A program made the position numbers and the translations under genes. A model generated the notes under the pieces. That model did not search any database, was not told the origin of the DNA, and saw only the letters and a list, made by a program, of their open reading frames with translations. Below, piece by piece: positions 25,037 to 38,130 of a stretch of DNA of 64,000 nucleotides. Source of the stretch: Mobula hypostoma (taxonomy: Eukaryota); contig NC_086097.1 in NCBI RefSeq assembly GCF_963921235.1, positions 117,492,001 through 117,556,000 of the forward strand, given 5' to 3'. Numbering within the stretch: position 1 is the first letter of the stretch; each line of letters opens with the position of its first letter.

Positions 25037-25720
25037 ATTCAAGTAATTTTATTATCAAAGTATGTATATGTCACCATGTGCTACCTTGAGATTGATTTTC
25101 TTGCAGGCATTCACAGCAGAACAAAGAACTACAACAGTCAATGAAAAACTACACACAGCCAAACATTGCCAAACAACCAATGTGCAAAATAATCAACCGT
25201 TCAAATACAAAAAAAAACATACATATTAAGTAAATAAATAACACTGAGAACATAAGTTGTGGAGTCCTTGAAAGTTAGTCCAAGGTTTGTGGAATCAGTT
25301 CAGTGTTGAGGTGAGTGAAGTTACCCACACTGTTTCAGGAGCCTGGTGATAACTGTTCCTGAACCTGGTGGTGTGGGACCCAAGGCTGCTGTACGTCCTT
25401 CCCATTGGCAGTGAATGGTGGGGATTGTTGATGATGGATGCTGCTTTCTCGCGGCAGTGCTCCTTGTACATGTGCTTAATGCCTGGGAGGGATTTTCCAG
25501 TGATGAACAGTCTGTATCCATTAATTTCTGTGCGCTTTCCTGTTCGTGGGCATTGGTGCTTCCATACGCTGTGATACAATCTATCAGGATCATCAGAAAT
25601 TGGTATGTTATGACACACATCATGAAATTCGTCATTTTGGGGCACCGGTGTAGTGTAATATATAAAACATAGTATAAATATTTATAAGTAATATCTTAAA
25701 ATGAAGTATATATATTTTTA
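25037..25720 (-). mobile_element. Rex1/Babar-like LINE 3' fragments
   Basis: CITAYGS.., HCREKAASII.NPHH, HTTRFRNSY; shared 3'UTR (AAGTAATTTTATTATCAAAGT on +). Confidence 0.8.
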
Positions 25721-26019
25721 AAAACCAGTCAGGATTCGCTGGAGCCATCCTGACTCAGGGTGGAATGGAGGGACTGGACAATACACCGATCTTCTTTTTC
25801 TCGTTGACGGGTCCGAGAATTGGCAGCACCAAATCCCAAGGTCCACAGCCCTCTTCCCCTCAGCTGACCAGAGGACCAGTCATGTCCTTTTCTGGTCTCC
25901 TTATTATAACAAATATTGTTGAGTCCTGCAGTTAGTAATTTCTCTTCTTTAATTTAGAGAGGTTGTAAATGAAAGGCTAAAGGATTAAGATTCCTCCCCC
26001 CCTCTCCTCTTTACACTAA

Positions 26020-26158
26020 CTAAATTTGCTCTCCACTTTCCATCCTAAATCAGGGCTTTGACACGAAACAGCGACCATTCCTGTTCCCTCAGGAATACTC
26101 CTTGGTCCACTGAGTTCCTTCAGCAATTTGTTTTTGCTTCTGATTTCAGCATTTGTAC
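26020..26158 (+). mobile_element. Penelope-like pseudo-LTR fragment (decayed hammerhead)
   Basis: CAGGGCTTTGACACGAAACAGCGAC..CTGAGTTCCTTCAGCA; opposite-orientation relative of 37290-37435. Confidence 0.55.
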
Positions 26159-26159
26159 A

Positions 26160-27345
26160 AAGTTCAAATAAATTTATTATCAAAGTATGCATATGTCACC
26201 ATATACTTCCCTGAGATTCATTTTCTTGCAGGCATTCACAGTAGGTCATAAAAATACAGCAGAATTAATGAAAAATAACACAGAAAGATGAACAAATAAC
26301 CAATGTGCACTGGAAGACAAACTGTGCTAATACAATAAATAAAAAAAACTGTATGTAAATAAATAATACTGAGAATATTAGTTATGGAGTCCTTGAAAGT
26401 GAGCCCATAGCTTGTGGAATCAGTTCAGTGTTTAGTCATTCACATTAGAAGTGAAGCTTAGGAGACAATGGCGCTTAACGGCAACTCCTTTGCCTGCACC
26501 TTCGGAAACAGCTCTATTTCTATCTTTAATATCTCTATTTTTCCCTTTCAGGGTTCTTTTGAAGACCCTGACCCAGAGTTATATGTTGACTTTGGTTCTT
26601 TGTGGAAATGGGACCCGCTCTCTGAGCCTCACGACCAGCTGCTTTCCGATATGCCAAAGATGTTGCCTGGAAGACTAGTGCACCTTCAGAGTGCCGAATT
26701 TTCGTAGCTCTGGAGGTGGGTAGATCCAGGGCTGGTGCTGCTACCTGATGCATTGTGGGAGATGGAATATCATAAGCAGCGAGCTGGCTGCTGGCTGTGT
26801 GCCCAGAGTCCCGAGTTCTTTGGGCACAGAGCTTGGAAAAAATGACGCAAAAGACTTTTAACATCATATATCAGCGAGTTGTTTGTTATGTCTCCCCTCT
26901 CGGAGTGAAACAGAGACACCTCTTTTTCCCTTACAAGGGAGAGAGAGAGCCAGTGGTATGTCGAATTACCAGGTGAATGAGTAGTCTTTGGGGTACTGTA
27001 AGTCTGTGTCTTTACTGACACTTTACTGCATGCTTGAGTACTTGGTGGAGGGTGCCGATGCTTTTTTCTTCTGGTGGGAATTGTTGCTTGCTGCCACTTG
27101 CACACGGGAGGGAGGGGAGTTGGGGTGGAGCTTTGGGGTTCTAACATTTAACTTTCATTCATTCTTTGGGGCACTCCTTTGTTTGTGAGGATGGTTGCAA
27201 AGAAAAAGAATTTCATCTTTTTCTCTGACATTAAATGTATCTTTGAAACCTTTGAAACAGTAGTTGATGGCTGATGGGTAGTAACTGTTCCTGAGCCTCA
27301 TTGTGTGGGATCTAAGTCTCCTGTACCTCCCTCCTGATGGCGCAG
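26160..27345 (-). mobile_element. Rex1/Babar-like 3' end interrupted by a + strand repeat (26450-27258)
   Basis: Same 3'UTR as 25037; coding end GRYRRLRSHTMRLRNSYYP resumes after 27258. Confidence 0.75.
26450..27258 (+). mobile_element. Non-coding retroposon with (CTTTGAAAC)n-like tail
   Basis: Starts near GGAGACAATGGCG and ends ATTAAATGTATCTTTGAAACCTTTGAAAC; cleanly interrupts another repeat. Confidence 0.65.
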
Positions 27346-28179
27346 CCAGATCTTGAGATCTTGTGTCTCTGAGAATACACAAACTCTGTTCCTTTTTAGA
27401 ACCAGCTGTAACTCTCACATTTACCAGAACTCACACAGTATGAATGTAAGCAATGCTAAATATGAATAATGTTTCTACTTTTGCCATATTTTAATCTGGA
27501 TGCATTACAAACCTCTGTCAAAAATAACATTCTTTGCACAGCCACTTTCTAATTTGGCTTCATGTGATGATCCATTATTTAATTTTTTCCAGACATGAAT
27601 ATGCCTGGACTGCTTTGATGATTTATTGGTTGGTGTTGTATAATCTTTTGCTTTTTTTTTGCTGTTTGCATGATTTGTGTTTTTTGCCATTTACTTGATT
27701 TGTTTTTGGCATGTTGGGGGTTTAATGCTTTTCTTTAAACAGTTTCCATGGTTTGCTTTCTGTATTTTGTGGCTGTCTATGGGAAGACAAATCTCAGCTA
27801 CACTGCATGCATAAATTGATAATAAATGCACCTTGAATCTTTGAATTATAAAACTCATTAAAAATAATGTTTAACATTGATTTATCCAAACTAAGTTCAT
27901 AAAACAGTTGATGTTTTTCATTAATTTGTTATAGTGAGAGTATAATAGTAATTTTGAAAAATGGATGATTTGGAGTTACACAAGCTAATTTGCGTAATTC
28001 TAGAGCAAGAAATAAACTCACTTAGTACCCCATACAATCATTATAATATAGAAAAACTAAAATTAAATTCTGACAGTTCCAGATAGAGCAAATGATGGCA
28101 GGATGACGTGCTTCATGCAAGAATATAGAATTATTAAACAAAGCTCCAGGATAAAATGCATAAAATGTATTCTGTATAA

Positions 28180-29660
28180 AACAAAGATGAGAAGAATTTT
28201 TTTCTCTCAGCTTCTTCTGAATCTTTGGAAATCTCTATCGCAGAGAGGTTTAGTTATTAAATATTTTCAAGGCTAAAGATAGATAGAATTTTGGACTTAA
28301 GGGTATTGAAATATTGGGAACAGGTAGAAAGAGGCCAAGATAATATGCTTGTATATGCTTATGTACAAAGTAGAACATGATCGAAGAGTTCATACTCCTG
28401 CAAAGAGGAAACCGTTACTGAAAGAGAAAAACCGTTACTGAATGCTATCTTCCAGATCTAGTCCTATATAACTTAATAACTTGCATAATAATAACAACAA
28501 AAGATTTCATAATTCTTTGCTGTTCCGGAATGCACTTGCAAATCACACACTACGATACCCTGATTCCTCTGCATTTCAGAGCTCTGCAAACATTCTAAAT
28601 TTTGATAATGTGCTTCTTTTTTCATCTTTATTCTGCCTAACTGAACAATTTTGTATGTTCCTAACATCGTACTGCATTTATCAGAGTTTTCCTCAGTTAC
28701 TGAACCTATCTCTATCCCAATTTATTTTCTTATCTATCTTCATGTCATGAGCAATTTGGGAAATCATGCCTTCAATTTCTTCTTTATGCACCTCATTTAT
28801 ATAAAAGGTTGATGTTATATTTAGCTAACCATAAAAAAGGCCATTTATAAGTACTCCTACTCTGTTTCCCATTCTTTTGCACACGGTGACCTTTTTACTT
28901 ACCTCAATATGCAGCTCATCTTCTGCCTTCTTGACTTAAGGCATCCACCTGTCCATTTTTATCCATGAGCTATTTCGTAAGGAACTCCAACAAAGTGATT
29001 GAACATGTTTTCATTTTCACAGAATTATAATGTATTTGCTTGGTTGCTTGACTTCTTCTAAGTGCCCCGCTGTGGCATCTTTAATTTCTTTATAACGTAT
29101 GTTAAGCTAAATGGCCCGTTATTTTTTGCTTCCTTTCTCCATCCTCTTTCAAATGAAGGTGTTTATATTTATTTATTTATCTAATCTAATGGACATGTTG
29201 CTACTTGAATTTTCAAAAATTCAGACCAATGCATCCACCATTTCTATCCACTTTCTTCAAGATATTAGGTTGAAGACTTTCAGAGCAGCAGACATAAGCT
29301 GACAGCTCAAACACTTTGCTCAACACGATTGCCCTCGTGATTATAATTTTGTTAAATTCCTTCCTCTCTCCTAATTCTTGAATAAAAGCTATTTCTGAGG
29401 TGTTATCAGTGTTTTCTAACATATGATCTTCAAAGTCCATCAAACTAACTTGAAAACCTCACTTACTAAAAGTCCCTCTTCACTGCTAATGTTTGAATTT
29501 TCTCCCCATTTAGATTATAGTCTGCATTATCATATATTTCCCAACACTGTATTCCATCTGCCACTTTCTTGTCCTGCTGCAATCGCATTGCTTCCTCAGC
29601 ATGAACTACTCCTCCATCTATCTCTATATCATCCGCAAACTTTGTCACACCAGGCAAAGT
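28180..29660. mobile_element. Old CR1 fragments (28180-28400 +; 28480-29660 -)
   Basis: Minus strand TKFADDIEIDG..EEAMRLQQD and YLNGEKIQ-like segments; plus-strand decayed 3' end. Confidence 0.65.
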
Positions 29661-31079
29661 CATTTGATTTAGACAATTGGTTTATTGATCATTACAGAAT
29701 GTCTCTCTGGTGCTTCCTGCTCCCTCCCCTCTTCCTTCCAGTTTTTCCAACCATGATCTCCCTCTCCCTGCCCCGTTCCCTCTCTCAGTCTACTCAAATG
29801 CCCAAGTCATTTGCACCATACTGCACAATAAGTTAATACTCACTGATTGTTTCCACATCTAAAATACTATTTCAACTGAGCAAGTCCATGGTCACCTCAA
29901 ACTTTAAATCCTTTCCCTTTAAATATAATGAAGAAAAACAGTACAGCAGAAGATCAGCAAGGTGTCAAAGGTCAGTAGAAAACCCTACACACAAAATTCA
30001 AACTTTGCTTCTCGTTTTAACCTTGTTCAGCCGCCTTGAGTTGGTTTGTTCAATTTTCAAGATTCAAGACACAAGAGTGAAGAAGAGCAAAAGCATGAAG
30101 TACACAATTAAAAAATACAATGCATATAAATACATATGATTTGCTTCCCTACATAGACTGATTTTAGGTACATAAAGTGACTAGCTACACAAGGTGACTG
30201 ACAGGAAATTTATAAAGTAGTGGTGATGGGAGGGGTGGTGGGATGGGTTAATGGGTGGAAGTGTTGATCAGCATGATGGCTTGGGGGATTGTTAATAACT
30301 TCTTAATAACTCTTACTTGATATTTCATGTTATAGTTAATGTTGTAGATCAGAAACAAAATGATGCATACCATTCAAATTATCTGTAATGCACAGAGAGC
30401 CCCTTATTATCTAGTGATGATTATTTTCTCATTTTACTGAAGTGATAAAGGGCCTCCAAGCTGGGATGTTTACCGAGTTGCTGCAGCTGACAGCCATTTG
30501 TGCTTTGTGTTTTCTGCAACCACTAATAAACTGAATGTGCTCCACACTTCCTGCAGCAGGACGAAAGGAAAGAGACTGATCGGTGGAATATTTATACTTT
30601 AGTAAGTAGCTCTTAATTGGCAACAGGAGGCCACAAATGGCCTCAAAATTGTTGGACGAAAGAACACTAATCTGCTAAAAACGCAGGTTTGGGAATTATT
30701 TACCAGCTGTGAGAGCTGCCATGATTATGTGCGCATGCGATATCTATTGAAGCCTACAATGGATAATTCCTGAAAATGGCTAGAGAGAATTTGATGTGTG
30801 TTTGACCTGTGCCCACTCAATGTAATGCAGACCGATTGCTATTTTCATGATATCTTGCGCACATTACTTGAAGTTAGTTTGTATTGGCATGAACTTAGCC
30901 TGATCACTTAAAAATGATGAAGGTTCAAGCAATGCAAACTAGTTTTACATCATGTATGCAAGGCATCATGAAAATACTTAAAGGGAAGGTGGGGACTTCC
31001 TGCTGGTGGTGGATGGAATAACATCATTTTATAGCCGCTCCTACTTTACTTTTCTTACTTTCCAACCTGATTTGACACT

Positions 31080-31878
31080 ATGACTACAAGAACTGCTAAA
31101 GGTAAAAAAGAAGAAGATTATTCTATATCTTTGGATTCTATTATTGAATTAATGCAAAAGCACAGAAATGAAGCATCCAAGGAATTTCAGCGATTCAGAA
31201 AGGAATCCTCCCAAGAGTTTCAACAACTTGGCTCTGAAATTAAACAATTAAGTACAAAACTGGATTCTATTCAAGAAACCTCAACTGAGCACGATAAACA
31301 AATAAAAGAGAATGAAGTATTCTTGTCGATTCTGGATGAGAAAATGGACAACATGCAAAAGTGTTATGAACAACAATCCAAGGTTAATGATGAACTAAGA
31401 CGGAAGATTACTGACTTAGAAAACAGAAGTAGAAGGAATAACGTACAAATTCTTGGTCTCGAAGAGTTAACTGAAGGTGATCGTCCTACGGAATTTTTTG
31501 CAAACTTTCTGGTTCAGTTATTTCCAATGATCGACTGAGCGCACAGAGTACCTGGGAATAGAATGTTTGAAAGCAAACTTTGTTCAGTGGTAATCACTTT
31601 TCATGAGTTTCAAACAAAGGACCGTATAATTCGTGAACCTCATCGGAAATGTATGATTGATTTTAATAGAAAAAAAGATTAGAATCATTGAAGATTTCTC
31701 AGCAGAGATTATGAGGGTGTGTGCTAAGTTTAAAGGCGTCATGTCAGAGCTCTACAACAAGGATTTTAAACCTTCTCTACGGCATCTGGCGAAGCTGAGA
31801 ATTACACTGCAGGATGGATCGCAAAAATGGTTCCACTTGACTCTCCAGTCCCAGGAATATTTAGAGTATGTAAATTGA
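31080..31878 (+). pseudogene. L1 ORF1p, disrupted
   Basis: Coiled coil, then DLENRSRRNNVQILGLEE, AHRV, IRIIEDFSAE, AKLRIT. Confidence 0.9.
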
Positions 31879-34251
31879 TTGCTTATTACTTGTTACATGA
31901 ATAACTGTTTATTTTACCTTTGCTAAACTTTGTACTTAACTCTTTCTTTTTGAACTTTTTAAGGATTTATTTTGAGAATAAGACTTTAATTTGCTATTAC
32001 TTTGTCTGCTAAGTTTAAAAGTGTCATGTTAGAGCTGTTTAACAAAAACTTACATGAATAATTGTGTTGTAGGCGTCGACTTTCTTTGGTCGACTTTCTT
32101 TCTTTGGGAGTGGGGAGGGTGTTTGGGGTTTCTTTTTCTTGGAAGCTCTTTGGGATTCTTAGTCAAACCTGTTGTTTGGTTTCCTTATCTCATAAGTCAT
32201 TGTTTAGTTTTATTAATCTTCTTAAGGATTATCTTTTTAACTTTTCTTTTAAATCTTTATAAAATGGATTATAATATTAAGTTACTTAGTCTTAACATGA
32301 AAGGATTAAATCATCCTTTGAAACGAAATAAGATTTTTTCCTATATTAAAAAATTTAAGGTTCCAATTATTTTTTTACAGGAAAACCATGTACGCAATTC
32401 TGATAATTCACGCCTCTTTAGCAAATGGAGAGAATTGCATATTCATTCAAGTTTTCAAGCCAAAGCTGGAGGAGTTTCAATTTTTAGAGAAAATACAGTT
32501 CCCTTTGTTCAACACAAGGTTGTTTCTGATACTAATGGATGATTCGTTATAGTGTCAGGGAAATTAGAGAATAAAATGTTGGTATTTGTGAATGTTTATG
32601 CCTCAAATATAAATGATCCAGGGTTCTTTGAGTGTTTTTTTCTCGTTTTTGCCTGATAAGAGTTTGTACTCATTGGTGATGGCAGGAAACTTTAATTGCT
32701 GGTTAGATCCAGTTTTAGATCGGTCTTCCTCTAAACCAGTGACACTTAATAAATCAGCTTTGTTTATCCATTCTTTTCTAATATATGGCGTTTCTTACAT
32801 CCAGCAAACAGAGTATACTCATTTTTCTCTCATGTTCATCATACATATTCCAGAATTGACTTTTTTTTTTATTGATAACCAAATGATTCCATTAGTTCAA
32901 TCTTGTGAATAAAAACGGATTTCTATTTCTGACCATGCTCCTGTGCTTTTATCCATAAATCTTCCTGGTTTTCCTCAGACAAACAGATTCTGGTGTTTTA
33001 ATCTGACAAGGATTTCTTAAAGTTCTTGGAGAGGCAAATTACTCTCTTTTTTGAAGAGAATACGGTGGAGGAGACTTCTGGCCTTGTCATATGGGATGCT
33101 TTTAAAGCATATATTAGAGGACAAATCGTTTCTTATACTGCAAGTGTTAAGAAAAAAGCTAATTAAGAGAGAATTAATTTAGCCAATCAGCTGAAACAAT
33201 TAGATGAAGAACATGCTTTGACTTCAGATCCTGCTTTATATAAAAGGTGGGTTGAAATTAAAACTAAATATGATTTTTTTATTAACATACCCTATTGAAA
33301 CTCAACTCCTAGAGGATAAAAGTCAATTTTATATTCATGGAGATAGAACAGGTAAATTAATGGCTTGCCAGATTAAAACTTCTAGTGCTAAATGACAGAT
33401 TAAAGAAATTTATAAATCTAACGAAATTAGGAAAACTGATCATTTAGAAATAAATGATACCTTTAGAGAATTTTATTCTAAACTTTATAGTTCTGATCTT
33501 CTTAAAGATAATACTGTAATGGATAATTTTTTAGACCAAATAAATATCCCTACACTTTCTGTTGATGACTGAAAACAGTTGGATCAATGTATTTCTCACG
33601 AAGAAATAGCCAAGGCTATACGTTCACTGCATTCAGAGAAAGCTCCAGGTCCTGACAGATTTTCTGGAGAATTTTATAAGGCTTTGTATTCTTTGCTTAT
33701 ACCTCATTTACGTTCAGTTTTTTTTTTCAGATTCTTTTAAGTCAGCTAGGTTGCCGCAATCTTTTTATGAAGCTTCTATTTCGCTTTCCTTAAAAAAAAA
33801 TAAGAATCCAACTGAATGTTCTTCATATAGACCAATTTCCTTACTTAATGTTGATGCTAAAATTCTAACTGAAGTTCTGGCCCATAGCATGGAAATTATC
33901 TTACCATTTATCATTTCTGACGATCAGACTGGTTTTATTAAAAATCGATATTCTCATTTTAATATTCGTAGATTATTAAATGTTATCTATTCTCCTTCTA
34001 AGGAGATAGTGGAGTGTATGATATCCTTAGACACTGAGAAAGCTTTTGATCGGGTTGAATGGCATTATTTATTTAAAATCTTAGAAAAAATTAATTTTGG
34101 GTCCAACTTTATTCATTGGATTAAATTACTGTATTTATCCCCTTTTGCTCGGGTTCTTACTAATTCTCAGAATTTTAAACCATTTAAACTTCAACATGGA
34201 ACCAGACAAGGTTGCCCTTTGAGTCCTTTGCTCTTTGACCTGGCTTTAGAA

Positions 34252-34775
34252 CCTTTATACTTTATACTTTATACTTTATTGTCACCAAACAATTGATACT
34301 AGAATGTACAATCATCACAGCGATATTTGATTCTGCGCTTCCCACTCCCTGGATTACAAATATCAAATATTAAAAATAGTAAAAATTAGTAAATATTAAA
34401 AAATTAAATTATAAATCATAAATAGAAAATAGAAAAATGGGAAGTAAGGTAGTGCAAAAAAACCGAGAGGCAGATCCGGATATTTGGAGGGTACGGCCCA
34501 GAGCTGGGTCAGGATCTGTTCAGCAATCTTATCACAGTTGGAAAGAAACTGTTTCCAAATCTGGCTGGATGAGTCTTCAAGCCCCTGAGCATTCTCCCGG
34601 AGGGAAGAGGGACAAAAAGTGTGTTGGCTGGGTGGGTCGTGTCCTTGATTATCCTGGCAGCACTGTTCCGACAGTGTGTGGTGTAAAGTGAGTCCAAGGA
34701 TGGAAGATTGGTTTGTGTGATGTGCTGCACTGTGTTCATGATCTTCTGCAGCTTCTTTCGGTCTTGGACAGAACA
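34252..34775 (-). mobile_element. Rex1/Babar LINE 3' end inserted in L1 RT
   Basis: LPSLDSLY..C...AARIIKD.THP..LF.PLPSGR..RFGNSFFP; (TATAAAG)n tail; splits L1 ALEP|LAIA. Confidence 0.85.
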
Positions 34776-35082
34776 GCTATTAGCTATTAGCTATTGCTTT
34801 TCGAGAATCTAATGATATCACTGGTATTTTACGAAAGGGTACTATCCACAAAGTTTCACTCTATGCAGATGATTTATTGCTTTACATTTCTGATGTCAAA
34901 ACTTTATTACCTTCTGTGCTTTCTTTACTCTGTTATTTTAGTCAGTTTTCTGGATATAAACTGAACCTACATAAGAGTGAACTTTTTCCTTTGAATAATT
35001 TGCCATTAACTGATATTAACCTTCCTTTTAAAATTGTAAGAAACCAATTCACTTATTTGGTGTAACAATTACTAAGAATTAT

Positions 35083-35647
35083 AGAAGAGCTACTAGGATT
35101 TGATGTTTCAATCCCTATAGTAAGTTGGAACTCTCGATGTTGGCAGTGGGTTTGGAGTGGTGACAAGGAGGGAGGGTAGGTACGTCATCGGGGTCATCAG
35201 GTGGGCACCCTCCTTCTTTGACATTTCGTTGATAAGCCCATGACGTCTCCGGAGGGCTCAACGGTGCTACCTGGCGTCCCAGGTACATCCCCCTCAGTTC
35301 CATACCCTCCTGTCTTCATCTTGCAGCCCAGTTGTTGCCTTTCCTTTTAATCCAAATCCAGTTGCTGCTTTCTTGCTGCATTTGACAAGGACTTGATTGC
35401 TTTTTGAAGGGAGTGACCCCTCACCCCCATCTTCTTCAATAGACTGGTCGTAGATGTAGCAACGAATCCCCTGTATCCCACTTCTACAGGGAAAATCTTG
35501 GTCTTCCAGCCATTCTGGGCAGCTTCAGTTGCCAGTTCAGAGTACTTGGTCTTTTTCCTCTCATAAGCTTCTTCGACACCATCTTCCCATGGTACTGTCA
35601 ATTCCACAACATATGCCATCTTGGCTGTTGTGGACCACAGGACCATG
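35083..35647 (-). mobile_element. HERO-like (R2 superfamily) retroposon 3' end encoding a restriction-like endonuclease
   Basis: VLWS..YVVELTVPWEDGVEEAYERKKTKYSEL..GW..PVEVGYRGF; splits L1 TKNY|KYLF. Confidence 0.82.
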
Positions 35648-37289
35648 TATAAATACCTATTTAAAGAAAATTTTCTTACTTTATTAAATTATATAAAAAG
35701 AACATTATCAAATTGGTCGCCCCTTTCATTATCATTGATTGGTTGCATTAATTCTATTAAAATGAAAGTTTTACCTAAATTTATAGACCTCTTTCAGGCT
35801 TTACCCGTTTTTATTCCTAAATCCTTTTTTGACTCTCTGGACTCTATTTTATCCTCCTACATATGGAAAAATATACATCCTCGATTGAATAAAGTCCATC
35901 TCCAGAAAGTTAAAAAGAATGGAGGTTTAGCTTTACCAAAACTTAGGTTTTATTACTAGGCAGCTGATATATGGAATCTCACATTCTGGTTATACTATAT
36001 TAATCATGAGGACTGTCCTGGGTGGGTTTCTTTAGAAGCTAACTCGGTTAATAAATTTTCTATTATCTCTCTTTTGGGATCTTCACTTCTTTTATCCTTA
36101 AGTAAGATAACTGAATATGTGGTAGTCAAATATACGTTGAGGATTTGGATGCAATTTAGAAAACACTTTGGTTTATTGAGATTCTCCATTTTTAGTCCCG
36201 TTTTTAAAAATTATTTTTTAAGCCTTCTTTGACTGATGTAGTTTTTAAACAATGGGAAGGATTGGGCATTACATGTTTCTAGGATCTGTTTGATGGAGGA
36301 AGTCTTTCTTCGTTCGAACAATTGTAAACTAAATATAGTTTACCAAAAATCCATTTTTTCAGTACTTACAAATTAGAGATTTTCTGCAATCTCAATTATA
36401 TACATTTCCTAATAGTCCTGATAAGAACATATTAGATGAAATTCTTAATATGAGATCACTTTATAATGATTCAATATCCAATATTTATGATATGTTGTTG
36501 GGAATGAGAAATGATTCTTTGGACAAAATCAAAAATCTTTGGGAACAAGATTTACAGTCTTCAATTTCAGAAGAAACATAGAATCAGATTTTTAAATTGG
36601 TTAGTACTTCATCGTTATGTGCTCGTCATTCCCTCCTACAGTTTAAATGGTTCATGAGGCCTATATGACCAAGGATAAGTTATCTCATTTTTATACGGAT
36701 ATATCTCCCTATCTGCACATTCTGGCTTTTACCTCTCTTATGGCTAGGAGGGAGCTTTTGTTTAAATGAAAGGGTGGTGCTCCGCCGAATCGTGCTCAGT
36801 GGTTATGGAATGTTCTGGCATGCCTAAATTTCAAAATGATTCATTGTTCAATTTCTGAATATAACCAAGATTTTCAAAATTTGTGAGGGCCGTTTTAAAA
36901 TTATTTTCATAATCTTTGACTTCTCGTTAAAGAACAAAAGTTGGTTAATAGCATATTTTATTATCTGATAAGTTTTTTTTTCTTTTTTTTCCCAAACAGC
37001 TTTGACTTTGGTAGTGGGTGTAGATCTTTTTTTAAAATAAAATTATTTATTAATATACAAATTAATCTATATGAATATAGCGTAAGGAGTTTGTTAATGT
37101 GATTCAATATACTGTATCTGGTATTATTACATTTTTTCTTTTGTTATATAATACGTATTCTCTTGGACTCTGTATTCTTCTATATAGAAATCAATATAAA
37201 TATTGGAAAAGAAAGAAAGGATGCATGGAGTCCTATGTCAGCTGAATCTGAAGTGAAAACTATAGTGATCAAACATGAACACTAGAGGT

Positions 37290-37435
37290 TCAGCAGACAC
37301 CAGAAATCCAGAGTAACACACAGAATATGCCGGAGGAAATCAGCAGGTCAGGCAGCATTTATGGAAAGGAATAAACGGTCAACATTTTGGGCTGAGACCA
37401 TCCATCGGGACTGGAAAGAAAGGAAGGAAGAAAAC
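37290..37435 (-). mobile_element. Penelope-like pseudo-LTR with decayed hammerhead ribozyme motif
   Basis: Reverse strand TCCAGTCCCGATGGATGGTCTCAGCCCAAAATGTTGAC versus core CTGATGA-stemII-GAAAC-GTCGAC. Confidence 0.7.
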
Positions 37436-37680
37436 ATGGTAGTGAATACCTGGGTTTTGACAGCTCACTGGATGAGTTAGCAGAGGAGTGGTACGTCCAG
37501 AAAAAAGGCACAACCTAATGAGAGTGGCTGAGGAAACTAATGCTAGGAGTCCAGTCCCATGGACATCTTCCATCAGGAGCTTGAGGTAATTTCAAATAGA
37601 AAGTCATCTTGCTACCTTGCATCTTTGATTACCTCAGTTCTGAATACACATAGCTGCAGAATATTGTATTCAAGGAGCCA

Positions 37681-37995
37681 TGGGGCAGCACGGTAGTGTA
37701 GTGGTTAGCACAGTGCTTTACAATACCAGCGACACAGGTTCAATTCCCGCCGCTGTCTGTAATGAGTTTGTTTGTTCTCCCCATGGCCATGTGGGCTTCA
37801 TCTGGGTGCTCTGGTTTCCTCCCACAGTCCAAAGAAGGACCATTTGGTAGGTTAATCAGTCATTGTAAAATGTCCCATGATCAAGCTGGAGTTAAAATGG
37901 GGGAGCAACCCCCAATTTAATTCCCCAGCAAGGGCAGCGCAGCTTGAAGGGCCGGAAGGGGTTACTTCACGCTCTATCTCAATAAATAAATAATT
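37681..37995 (+). mobile_element. tRNA-derived SINE (HE1-like)
   Basis: A-box GGTAGTGTAGTGG, B-box GGTTCAATTCC, CR1-like 3' end GGGCCGGAAGGG, (AAAT)n tail. Confidence 0.88.
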
Positions 37996-38130
37996 AAAAA
38001 TAAATTTAAAAGGTGTCACATATTCCTAGTGGAGTGGCAATGACTCCTTGGAACCCAAGGCTACTTCCCTCCACTCTAGCCTCCATGATCCTACACAATT
38101 ACTGCTGTCCATGCTGAGATGGTACTATCT

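Larger units (their letters stand above)
32263..36920 (+). pseudogene. L1 ORF2p (EN-RT), disrupted
   Basis: SLNMKGL, FLQENH, GNFN, ISDHAP, YRPISLLNVDAKI, DTEKAFDRVEW, GTRQGCPLSPLLF, SLYADDLL, GGLALP. Confidence 0.93.
30991..37220 (+). mobile_element. Near full-length decayed L1-clade LINE with two nested insertions
   Basis: 5' GGGGACTTCC; ORF1 and ORF2 in order; 3' A-rich tail GAAAAGAAAGAAAG. Confidence 0.93.

Noticed and set aside
37681..37760. tRNA genes (also 13760-13819 and 56932-57000)
   Set aside because: A/B boxes are followed by SINE bodies and tails; no convincing cloverleaf.
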